Shown here: piece after piece, positions 1 to 9,660 of the stretch
Layout: every line of letters begins with the position of its first letter
How positions within the stretch are numbered: position 1 is the stretch's first letter
Source: Octopus sinensis
Taxonomy: Eukaryota
Reading direction: 5' to 3'
Length of the DNA stretch: 26,481 nucleotides
Assembly (NCBI RefSeq): GCF_006345805.1
Contig: NW_021834752.1
Location: forward strand, 1-26,481
Program-made: the position numbers and the translations under genes
The notes under the pieces: model-generated
Database searches by the model: none
The model's input: only the letters and a program-made list of their open reading frames with translations
Told to the model about the DNA's origin: nothing

Positions 1-243
1 GAAAGTTGCCATTTTGGTTATAACCTAAAAAAAAAAAAATAGAAAATAGAAAACAATCCAAAGACAAGTGGTGGAAACTTTCGGTTTCCGTAATTTCGTT
101 ACGTTGCTCTTGGTTTTTCTCTCGTTTTTTTACTTTCAATTATGCATTATTTTCTGGGCTGTTTTTTATAACGTGAAAGAATAACACCACTATCGCGATC
201 CGTCCGCAGTTTTTTTTTTAAACTTTAGAACTGTGACAGTGTT

Positions 244-246
<3 letters not shown>

Positions 247-284
<38 letters not shown>

Positions 285-311
285 GTATGTATGTATGTAT
301 ATATGTATATG

Positions 312-370
<59 letters not shown>

Positions 371-401
371 AGATGAGATAGATAGATAGATAGATAGATA
401 T
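247..401. repeat. Compound microsatellite (TA)n/(TATG)n/(TAGA)n
   Basis: Directly visible tandem units. Confidence 0.97.
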
Positions 402-1012
402 ATAACTTTGATAACTTTGATAACTTTGATAGTTTCGGCCAGTATAGACCCATGCCATGTCTAACTTAATAACACCATCTGGTGAAGTCTTTTAGTCATA
501 TATTGAGCACCATGACTTACTCTAGCATGGAGTTATTATTCTTGGAGCCATATTCGGGTGTAGGAGGTTGGGCCGGGATTTTTGAAGAAATTTGTCCAGT
601 GAACTTTTATGGAATCCGTTTCCGTTTTGACGTAATTTTGTATTAAAGAGATCGAGACGGTTGAGGTAAAGTAGTTGTGACGTAATATTGTTATGTGTCC
701 TGAGTTCGATTTTTGTAGTGGGCGGATAGCTCGAGTCCAAGTCTGGGATGGATTCTAAAATTGATGCCAACATCATTTCCACATCACACAAATGAAACTG
801 CGCTCCCAGCGGCGTTGGAGAGAGTAGAGATTGAGTTTTTTTAGTCAACCCCAATAGTCAATGCCTGTCATGCCGTCAATCTTTCTTGTTATTGACCTCT
901 GGAGTGCTTCCACTTACATAATGAGTTGCTTTGCATGGGGTGACCGCAGTGGGCAACAGTACTCAAGGCGGGGTCGGGCAAAAGTAGAGTAAAGTAGGAT
1001 AATAGTGTAGGC
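402..1012 (-). mobile_element. CR1/L2-group LINE, 3' fragment (decayed ORF2 C-terminus, 3' UTR and tandem tail)
   Basis: Minus-strand translation gives LYSTFARPRLEYCCPLRSPHAKQLIM*VEALQRSITRKIDGMTGIDYWG*LKKLNLYSLQRRWER and, after frameshifts, SLDKFLQK/IPAQPPTPEYGSKNNNSML. These match the CR1-group post-RT motifs (LYxxxVRPxLEY; YWERLKKLNLYSLxRR; LDKFLxxIPDxP). It ends in GGCCGAAAC plus (TATCAAAGT)x3; on the plus strand ATAACTTTG occurs at 402, 411 and 420. Confidence 0.9.
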
Positions 1013-1335
1013 ATCCAATATACCCATCATTACTACCAGTCCAATAAGGGTATATTACAACCATATGTGCATGACATGGTGATCTCATATCAAGATAAAG
1101 AGTGCATGACCTTGCATGTGGGGACCAGGTTAGAATTTTCTTCAAGTTAAGAATCCTATCCCACTCAAAAGGTCCCTGAATAAGGTTTGTTTAAGGATGA
1201 TGAACAAAACACCCATGTTTTTGGAGGTGAAATATTTAAACCTCAAAGAATTCCTCTCAATACATGGCCTTCATGCCCCACCCACCGACTACTTCTGCTT
1301 CTGATCAGAGATTACAAATGGCTTTTGGATTACAA
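1013..1335. mobile_element. Unclassified interspersed repeat fragment abutting the CR1 piece
   Basis: The CR1 reading frame stops resembling CR1 near 1012. The following sequence resembles a high-copy octopus repeat as I recall it; class unknown and not verified. Confidence 0.45.
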
Positions 1336-1398
1336 ACGGCTGGTATGTAATTGTATATTAGTATTTTTGTATTTGTATTTTGTATAGTGTGTAAAAAA

Positions 1399-1480
1399 CA
1401 TCCTGATGAGAAGAGTGTCAATTTTGATAATATGAAATATGTCATATTACTTGGCACGTCTCTGAAACGACCCGTAGATG
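1399..1480 (+). ncRNA. Type I hammerhead ribozyme motif (Penelope pLTR or retrozyme type)
   Basis: CUGAUGA at 1403-1409, GAAA at 1464-1467 and GUA cleavage triplet at 1474-1476. Stem I is CAUC 1399-1402 with GAUG 1477-1480. Stem III is ACG 1467-1469 with CGU 1473-1475 (loop ACC). Stem II includes GUGUCAA 1415-1421 with UUGGCAC 1451-1457 and UAAUAUGA 1428-1435 with UCAUAUUA 1442-1449. Confidence 0.75.
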
Positions 1481-1625
1481 AAATCTAAATTTTTAAACTT
1501 TTGTGTTATTTTTCGGAGGTTTTTAATACGTCCTTTTAATGTTTCATCATCCCAAATTTTTAATTATACCAATATTTTATAACTTTTAAAATGTAGATTC
1601 ACTGTGTTTTGTGTATAACAACGAC

Positions 1626-1628
<3 letters not shown>

Positions 1629-1709
<81 letters not shown>

Positions 1710-1907
1710 AGTTATAACTTTATATCTGTAATTTATACATCCGTTTTGTAATGTGGAAGAATATATGATTATATGTATCTATTTGATCTTCAAGTGTGGA
1801 CCTTATTCATGTTCCTCTAGTTTCCGTTTGCATTGCCTCCGTTCAAATTTAGAAGTGATATAATATATATATATATATATATATGTATGTATACATACAC
1901 ACATACA

Positions 1908-1951
<44 letters not shown>

Positions 1952-2011
1952 TGTGAGTGTGTGTATACATATATATATGCATATACATATACATATATGT
2001 ATATATATATG
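1629..2011. repeat. (TC)n(TA)n array at 1629-1707 and (TA)/(CA)/(TG) array at about 1860-2011
   Basis: Directly visible tandem units. Confidence 0.95.
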
Positions 2012-2254
2012 CAAGTACACATTTTTCTAAAATCTTGTACAACTCTATTTCAGTCTATCAGCCCTTTCACGCTTATTCGTTCATTCCACTCTTCGTTCTT
2101 TCGTTCCCCCCCTCTCTCACATTTCTTTGCCTTCTCTTCTTACTCACTTTCCCTCCACTTTTCACTTCACTGTGTCCCTGTCCTTTTTTCTCTCTCCTCC
2201 TTAATTCTTCTGTCCCTCTGCTTCTACTTCTCTCTCTTCTCTTCCCATGTGACC

Positions 2255-2745
2255 GCTGGTCAGCCAAGCCTGTTCTTTCTTTCTTGGTATGACCGTTGTC
2301 CGTGCAACATCGATATAACCCCCTGTGTTTGTGAAACTCATCTATCTCTGCCGTAAGGCTTCATTTCCACACGCGCCAGCTTAATTCAATTCGTCCTTAG
2401 GCGAATGACACCTATTGTTATATCCTGTAATTATTTTTATTGTATTTATTATTTTATTTATATTTGTGTATCTTTGTCCGTTTTTCTGTTCTTGTTTTTG
2501 TATACATTCGCTGCTTTCTTCGAAGGAATCTAATGCTCTTAGCTTAGTTTTTCCTTGGGGCTGGCCAGATTGGCGCAAGCTCAAGAATAATCAGCCGAAA
2601 TTGCGAGGATAATCTGGTACTTGACTGAGGAAAGAAAACTTCGAATGACTCGTCCTTGTTTCCTTGTATCGTCTATCTGGATATTTTGTTGTCCCTTTTT
2701 GTATCACCTAGCTGTCCGAATGTTTTGCGTTCTTATCCCATTTTG
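2255..2745. mobile_element. Unclassified interspersed repeat (possibly an LTR or pLTR-like segment)
   Basis: A complex block between pyrimidine-rich and (TA)n tracts that resembles a frequent octopus repeat as I recall it. No termini or coding motif identified. Confidence 0.35.
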
Positions 2746-2784
2746 TACTATATATATATATATATATGTATGTATATATATATA

Positions 2785-3297
2785 CTAGCAGTATCGCCCG
2801 ACGTTGCTCGGGTTTGTAAGAGAAATAACTATATAAGCATTTTTAGAGAGTTACTTCCCTTATAGATGCCAATTCGGGCTTTTTTAGCCATTTCTGTTTT
2901 GGTGTCTTCATGCCATGAAGTCGTTGTTCTAAAAGAACGCTGGTCTCCTTGACAACGCTTTACGACGTTGATTTCCTTACACTCCCTTCCCCACAGCTTC
3001 ACGAGGGAGGGAAGAAGGGGGAAAAGCAACACAGGTGCAGGTGTGACCATGGACGCCAACTCCGCCGCCATCGACACACGAAAAATTATGCATTAAAATG
3101 GAATAAAAAATGATGTTAAATTATTTTTAAAATCGTAGACTCACCGTAGACGCGCGCTAATACTCAGACGGGCTCGATATGAATCACGACTATAAGAAAC
3201 CCGAATTTGGTTAAACTGCACCGCAAAATGTGGGAGTAGTTAGGAATCTAAATCGAAGGGGACAGACACTCACACACTACAGTTTTATATATATAGA
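2785..3297 (-). mobile_element. Non-autonomous Helitron, 513 bp, both termini present
   Basis: On the minus strand it begins TCTATATATATAAAACTG (at 3297) and ends CTAG (2785-2788). A GC hairpin CCCGA/TCGGG (2797-2812) lies 8 nt inside the 3' end. It is inserted between A and T with no TSD, the canonical Helitron signature. Confidence 0.85.
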
Positions 3298-3312
3298 TAT
3301 ATATACACACAC

Positions 3313-3345
<33 letters not shown>

Positions 3346-3359
3346 ATATAATATATATA

Positions 3360-3432
3360 AGACGGACTTCATTCAGTTTCCGTCTACCTATCCACGCCCA
3401 AGATACTACGCAGAGGAACTGGATCCGGAAAC
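3360..3432 (-). mobile_element. Internally deleted fragment of SINE type A
   Basis: The reverse complement matches the head (CCGG..CAGT.CC.CTGCGT..CTTGGGC) joined directly to GTGGAT..GGTAGACGGAAACTGAA.GAAG, both seen in the full copies at 6427-6832 and 14495-14918. Confidence 0.75.
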
Positions 3433-3719
3433 ACACACACACGCACACACATACGTACACACTAAGACGCATGCATACGCATACACAAACATTTATATAG
3501 GTAGATATACACATTCATATATGGATATACATATCATGCAAGTATATGTGTAAACGGATGTGTTAGTGGGTGCATCTATTTGTCAGTTTTTCTCTTTACC
3601 TACCTGCAGGTAAATACACGAATTTATATATTGATAGATCGATAGACAAGTAGATATAGAGATACGGACAAACAGATAGGCAGGCGCACGAATGACTAAG
3701 AACCGAATGAAGAGGCAGC

Positions 3720-3913
<194 letters not shown>

Positions 3914-4044
3914 TTACCATAGTTACGGTTCTTATTTACCAAATTGTTTTCTGTTATATTTCAAGCTATAAAAAAATTGTCCCCGTAGATTTCGTGCAAA
4001 TGTCTCAGTTAATAAGTATAGATTTTCGTAGGAAATTAGTCTTT

Positions 4045-4058
4045 AATAATCATAATAA

Positions 4059-4111
<53 letters not shown>

Positions 4112-4146
4112 GTAATAATAACAATAATAATAATAATAACAACAAC

Positions 4147-4189
<43 letters not shown>

Positions 4190-4196
4190 GTAATAA
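4045..4196. repeat. (AAT)n array with AAC/AGT variants
   Basis: Directly visible. Confidence 0.98.
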
Positions 4197-4509
4197 TTGT
4201 TGCTTTCCTGTGAATATTTTTAGCTTTTTGAGATATATAGAAATAAACAAGCGTGCGAACGTACACGCGTGCATACACACGCGCGCGCAAGCATACATAC
4301 ACATAAACACACATACCTTTTGGAAGTACTTTTTTAATCACTTTTCTTCAGATGTTCATCTGATTCTTTTTAATCATTGCTGTTGTTGTTGTTGCCGTCG
4401 TTGTCTTTTTTAACACCAGGTCAACCAAGAACAAGCAGAAATATGTTCAGAAGCATTCTAACTTTTGCCATTTCCTTCGCTTATTAGCATACCTTACAAC
4501 TTTTCATAT

Positions 4510-4637
4510 TCAGGCTTCAAATCCAGTACAAGTCAACTTATTCTTGTCTCTCTAGGGATCGATACGATCTAGGGACTCGGGGCGATTCGACTCATTACTC
4601 CTCCTCAAACTGCTACCTTTCTCCCAAAATTTGAAAC
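4510..4637 (+). mobile_element. Old degenerate SINE type C, 3' half
   Basis: Aligns by eye with 21510-21649 and 7360-7482 (TTCAAATCC...GTCAACTT...GGGATCGAT...CAAAATTTGAAAC). Confidence 0.55.
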
Positions 4638-4670
4638 ATGAGTTTTATTATTATTATTATAATTATTATT

Positions 4671-4745
4671 AAGACAGCGAGCTCTCATAATCGTTAGCGC
4701 GCTGGACGAAATACTTAGCGGTATTTCGTCCGTCGCTACGTTCTT
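4671..4745 (+). mobile_element. SINE type C, 5' fragment
   Basis: Matches the head of the copy at 21436 (AAG.C.GCGAGCT...GTTAGC.CGC.GG.CGAAA..CTTAG.G.TATTTCGTC.GTC..TACGTTCT). Confidence 0.8.
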
Positions 4746-4879
4746 TAACACCCCGGGCGAAACATTCATGACCATAAGGGACGATAGGCACGGAAACTAA
4801 AGTGAAGACTACGTCTTTCAATTTTGTATAAACCTTTTGTGTTTTTCTGAACATTGAGTGTTGGGGCTGCTGCATTGCT

Positions 4880-5075
4880 GTCCAGCACCTGTGTATTTTT
4901 TGCACCCAATTTACCCTCCTACCATATATCAATACGGCCTCGAGATACTTCTCCACTGGGAGAAGATTCCCACCGATTGTGATACAACTTCCACAACTGC
5001 TGCGCATGTCAATCCAGTCTATAAAGGAAAAGGACAGGTGACAATACACACCCCTCTGTGTTCTGCTGAACTTCA
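4880..5075 (+). mobile_element. Possible ancient LINE RT N-terminal fragment
   Basis: EKIPTDC...AAHVNPVYKGKG resembles the GxIPxDWKxAxVxPIYKKG motif of CR1/L2-type RTs; otherwise very degraded. Confidence 0.35.
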
Positions 5076-5138
5076 CGGCAACTCGAAGTAGTACAAATTG
5101 TTGTTGTTGATATTATTATTATTACTGTTGTTGTTGTT

Positions 5139-5480
5139 GCCTTTGCACAGCTTCTAACGCTGGGGATGTACTACAGAGTCAGCTGTTCACTACCAGTGAA
5201 CTAAGGTAACACCTTTTATTTTTCGAGCACCTTCCGGAGTATTCGAGCGGTTCCAAGCAATGCTGTTTTCTGCAAGTGCTCCACACTTATTGCAGCCCCT
5301 ATTTGTTCCACGTACTTCTCGAGATTTTTACTCACTGTTCCCACGGCTCCGACAATTATTGGTACTACTGCTACCTTTTTCATCGACCACAACTGCTTAA
5401 CCTGTCATATCTATCGACTTTTCTTTCTTCCTTATCGTATACCTTATTGTCAGCTGGGCATGCTATGTCTGGCTTCCTTA
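5139..5480 (-). mobile_element. R4/Dong-type LINE with restriction-like endonuclease, 5'-truncated 3' end
   Basis: Minus strand reads RKPDIACPADNKVYDKEERKVDRYDRL, then a frameshift to QLWSMKKVAVVPIIVGAVGTVSKNLEKYVEQIGAAISVEHLQKTALLGTARILRKVLEK* (stop at 5216-5218). This matches the RPD..D...KxxKY endonuclease and the LQKxxLLGTARILRKVL terminus of R4/Dong elements. Both flanks are TAA/CAA repeats. Confidence 0.85.
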
Positions 5481-5522
5481 TAATTATTATTGTTGTTGTT
5501 ATTATTATTATTATTATTATTA

Positions 5523-5555
<33 letters not shown>

Positions 5556-5645
5556 CATTATTATCATCATTAACATTATCATCATCATTATTATTATTAT
5601 TTTTTTTATTGTTGTTGTTGTTATTATTATTAATATTATTATTTT

Positions 5646-5703
<58 letters not shown>
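5481..5703. repeat. Compound trinucleotide array ATT/ATC/GTT/AGT
   Basis: Directly visible. Confidence 0.97.
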
Positions 5704-5705
<2 letters not shown>

Positions 5706-5852
5706 ACAATAAGAAGAGCGTGATGCGATTGTAAGAGATTGTTTATTGGTTTGGACGATATTTCGGCAACTTGTCTGTCTTTTTCAAGTACAAAATGTAA
5801 AAAGAAGAAACTCAAAATATTCTAAAACATAGAAATTCCAAAACATCAACGA

Positions 5853-5899
5853 GGAATCCCTGCGTTCCCACTCCGACGGAATGGCATCATCAGTCTTCC
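5853..5899 (-). ncRNA. Degenerate hammerhead ribozyme motif in a Penelope 3' region
   Basis: Minus strand reads GGAAGA-CUGAUGA-UG-CCAUUCC-GUC-GGAGUGG-GAAC-GCAGGGA-UUCC. The core and 7-bp stem II are intact, GAAA is altered to GAAC and stem III is broken. It lies about 50 nt downstream of a GIY-YIG ORF end. Confidence 0.5.
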
Positions 5900-5939
5900 A
5901 TTTTGCAACTGGTAAAAAGAAAAAGAAAGAAAAAGTAGA

Positions 5940-6420
5940 AAAGAATACTGAGTCAAAATGCGATGGAATTCACCTGTCATTTTATTCATTCATCCTGGGT
6001 GTGACGTCAGTAGCTCACAAATATATTTGTCCTCTTGCATGTTGAGTACTAAAAGTGTAGTAGATTCAGAATATTTTCTGAGAAGGTGCACTTTTAGGTG
6101 ATCCTCAAATTTGTAGCCGCTTGATGTAGAATGTTCGGCAAGTTTTGTTGAACGACTGCTTTTGAGCCTGACATCATATCTGTGTTCATTAAATCATTTG
6201 TTTAAATGTTCTGTTGTATAACTAACATAAATCAAGTTGTGTATGGTGCATTCTGCTGCGTATACCAAATGCCCTACCTTCCGTATAAATCATAACATTT
6301 TTGTTATGATTCCTGGTGGAATTGACTGGACACTCGTTGTTGCACAAATGAACAGGGCTTACCTGTCTTGCGGCTGTTTTGCAAATTTCGGTGCCAGTTG
6401 AACACTAAACGAATTCCATC
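5940..6420 (-). mobile_element. Penelope-like element relic, GIY-YIG endonuclease region
   Basis: A single minus frame from 6265 reads VYAAECTIHNLIYVSYTTEHLNK*FNEHRYDVR...KLAEH...FEDHLKVHLL...QEDKYICELLTSHPG*MN. This fits the PLE GIY-YIG pattern (xIY..C....YVGxT...L..RFNxHR ... E..WI..L.T..P.GLN), with two in-frame stops. It may continue upstream at 6835-7130 (PHHPTFTSISAPIIR) beyond the SINE. Confidence 0.75.
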
Positions 6421-6426
6421 ACGTAT

Positions 6427-6832
6427 TTTACTTTACTCTTTTCCTTGTTTCCGTCATTTGACTGCGGCCATGCTGGAGCACCGCCTTTAGTCGAGTAACT
6501 CGACCCCGGGACTTATTCATTTGTAAGCCCAGTACTTATTCTATCGGTCTCTTTTGCCGAACCGCTAAGTGACAGGGACGTAAACACACCAGCACCGGTT
6601 GTCAAGCAATGCTATGGGGGACAAACACAGACACACAAACATATACACACACATACATATATATATACATATATATGACAGGCTTCTTACAGTTTCCGTC
6701 TACCAAATCCACTCACAAGGCTTTGGTCGGCCCGAGGCTATAGCAGAAGACACTTGCCCAAGATGCCACGCAGTGGGACTGAACCCGGAACCATGTGGTT
6801 GGTTAGCAAGCTTCTTACCACACAGCCACTCG
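6427..6832 (-). mobile_element. SINE type A, near full length (tRNA-like head, CORE-like segment, RTE-like segment, internal microsatellite, second module)
   Basis: Collinear with the plus-strand copy at 14495-14918. It has a box-B-like GGTTCAGTCCC and a C.TTGGGCAAGTGTCTT CORE-like motif. It may be one of the described octopus OK/OR SINE families (not verified). Confidence 0.88.
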
Positions 6833-7136
6833 GTAACTAAAATTATTTCCTTTTGCAAGTCACTTGCAATTTCCTTCATTCGAGATTCCAGCAATCCCCT
6901 ATATCAGTACAGATCTGTTTTATCTTCAAAAATTGGAATTTCGGACTTGTCCGTCATTAAGCGGATGATCGGAGCAGAAATAGAAGTAAATGTGGGATGA
7001 TGTGGGTTTGCAAAATAACTGTGATTATTCTGTCTCCAGAAAACTTTTGTGCCCAAAACTCAAAGCTAGTTTTTGACAAACTAAACGAAAATTTTATATT
7101 AGAATTCAAGCCATAGCTTTTAGCGCAACAGTTATG

Positions 7137-7262
7137 AAGGCAGTCAGCAGGCAGAATGGTTAGCATGCCGGACGAAATGCTTAGCGGCATTTCGTTCGTC
7201 TTTACGTTCTGAGTTCTAATTCCACCGAAGTCGACTTTCATGCCTTTGTACCAAAATTTAAA
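7137..7262 (+). mobile_element. SINE type C with an internal deletion
   Basis: The head matches 21436-21535 and then jumps to the 3' tail (CCTTTGTACCAAAATTTAAAA). Confidence 0.8.
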
Positions 7263-7284
7263 ATCATTAATATCATCAATAATT

Positions 7285-7482
7285 GCGGTGGCAAGCTGGC
7301 ACAACTATTAGTACGCCGGACAAAATGCTTAGCGACATTTCGTCCGTCATTAAGTTCTCAGTTCAAACTCCGTCAATATAGAATTTGCCTTTCTACATTT
7401 CGGTGTCTATTAGATAAGTACGAGTTGAAGACCCGGAGCCAATGGAATCAACCAACTCTAACCCGTGCCAAAATTTTGAACT
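7285..7482 (+). mobile_element. SINE type C, diverged near-full copy
   Basis: Collinear with 21436-21649 and ends GTGCCAAAATTTTGAAC. Confidence 0.8.
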
Positions 7483-7528
7483 ATTGCTACTGCTGCTGCT
7501 ACTACTACTACTACTACTACTACTACTA

Positions 7529-7560
<32 letters not shown>
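7483..7560. repeat. (CTG)(CTA)n(CCA) array at the SINE tail
   Basis: Directly visible. Confidence 0.95.
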
Positions 7561-7789
7561 AAACTATTGATGTTGCTGTTATTGTTATTGAGGATGATAT
7601 TTTAATTAATGCATTGATTTTTTATATATATATCGTCGTTGATGCGTGTCAGCGTCAGACATGACAACTTCTATTTTAACATTTAACACATAAGCGTCTT
7701 ATCACCACCATCATAACTAACCCCACCACCCCCACCCCACCACCATTTTTCAGTCATCATCATCATTGTCATCGCCCACTTGATGTATA

Positions 7790-7899
7790 TAAATGTATAT
7801 GTACAGACACACACTTATAAACATAAATATATATATATTATATATATTTGTATAGATACATACAAATACATATCGTGTCTGTGTCAATATATATAAATA

Positions 7900-7946
<47 letters not shown>

Positions 7947-7993
7947 CAATGGATATCACACACACAAACATATGTATGTGTATATATATAAAA

Positions 7994-8064
<71 letters not shown>

Positions 8065-8519
8065 CATAGACACGCACACATAAACAGTAACACATACATA
8101 CGTACACACACACCACAATCGCTTTCACACTGTCAAAGATGCCATAAAACTTCCGTTTCATAATGAAAGTCACATGGACAGTTTGAAATTTAATCTTGAA
8201 TGGAGTCTATAGTTATTTCATATTATATTATTTTATATTATTATAATACACATAACACTTCCACCCTGGTCGTGCTACACCCACCCATTCCAGAGGCCAG
8301 AACAATGACATCTTTTAAACAGCAACAAAGCGAATTTCTTTTTTTTCTTCTCAAAACTGTAAAATTATATCAGGAACTAATTCCTTTCCTTTTCTTTTTT
8401 TCTCGCTGATTTGTAAAAATAAAAAAAAGTAAAAAAACATCACAGCACGGTTTTAGAAGTTTTCTACGGTATCACACACACACCAACATATGTATAACTA
8501 TGTGAGATATACATATATG

Positions 8520-8557
<38 letters not shown>

Positions 8558-8768
8558 ATATATATATACATATATTACACACCACACACACATATATATA
8601 ATATATATATATATATATATACACACATAAAAATAAATACAAGCAGACGGACCCGTACAAGCACAATTCTAGTGTGAGCTTAGTTTTTTGAAATATGTGA
8701 GCTGCCGTGTCTGTGTATATATATATATATATTATATATACACACAGAAACATATATTATATATAATA

Positions 8769-8813
<45 letters not shown>

Positions 8814-9484
8814 CAAACATATATATATATATACAAACATATATATATATATATACAAATATATATGTATCTAATTCTCTCTCCCCTCTCTCTCCCTTTC
8901 TCTGTCTCTCTGACCATATATATATATGTGTGTGTGTGTGTGTATGTATGTGTGTACACCCTTTAACTAATTTCAGCATAAATATACACATATATGCATG
9001 TATATATTTATGTATGCGTATGAATACATGTGTGTGTGGCCTGAGTGTGTGATGTGTGAGGGTGAGACGGGCGAATATTCGTGAGCTAGATAGATGATAT
9101 TGACTCACATATATACACGCACGTGACTCACATGAACATATACACACGCGGACAAAATTTTTTGAAATGTTCAAACTGACAGCTCATTTACTGATATGAG
9201 TTGGTTTTAATTATATGGCAGAAATTGATGCTTTTATAGAAATAATGCGTCCATATATACCCGTTTCATTATACAGATGTGTTTCTATGTTTACATGCAT
9301 ATATATATATATATATACGCACACACAGACACACACACACATATATATATAGTGTTATACGCAAACGAAAATACACAATTACGTGCATGCCAAATATATG
9401 TAAATAACCTCGAATATATATACAAATTAACCCATAATTTTATAAAGACTGATTAAAATGTGTGGATCTGTATATTATGAGTGT

Positions 9485-9530
<46 letters not shown>

Positions 9531-9660
9531 CTACACACATGTTATATATATCGTAAAGTTGTTTCACTGACGATGATATATATATATATTATATATATAT
9601 ATTTATATATTATATATATATATATTATATATATGTGTGTGTGTGTGAGTGCGTTTGTGT
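7790..9660. repeat. Cluster of interrupted (TA)n/(CA)n/(TG)n microsatellites with short unique spacers
   Basis: Arrays at about 7900-8110, 8500-8950, 9300-9350 and 9487-9650. Confidence 0.9.

Noticed and set aside
402-428. Short direct repeats as a CRISPR-like array
   Set aside because: Contiguous 9-bp units with no spacers in a eukaryotic context; explained as a LINE tail.
2625-2656. CTGAGGA...CGAAT-GAC-TC-GTC hammerhead-like string
   Set aside because: GAAA is not intact, the stem II register is off and there is no stem I complement.
7483-7560. Apparent inverted similarity to the trinucleotide array at 17698-17783, including an ATA interruption
   Set aside because: The sub-motif order is opposite to that expected of a true inverted duplication; convergent slippage explains it.
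9095-9135. Two TGACTCA (AP-1) sites and a CACGTG E-box
   Set aside because: Short motifs in CA/TG-rich sequence arise easily by chance; no promoter context.
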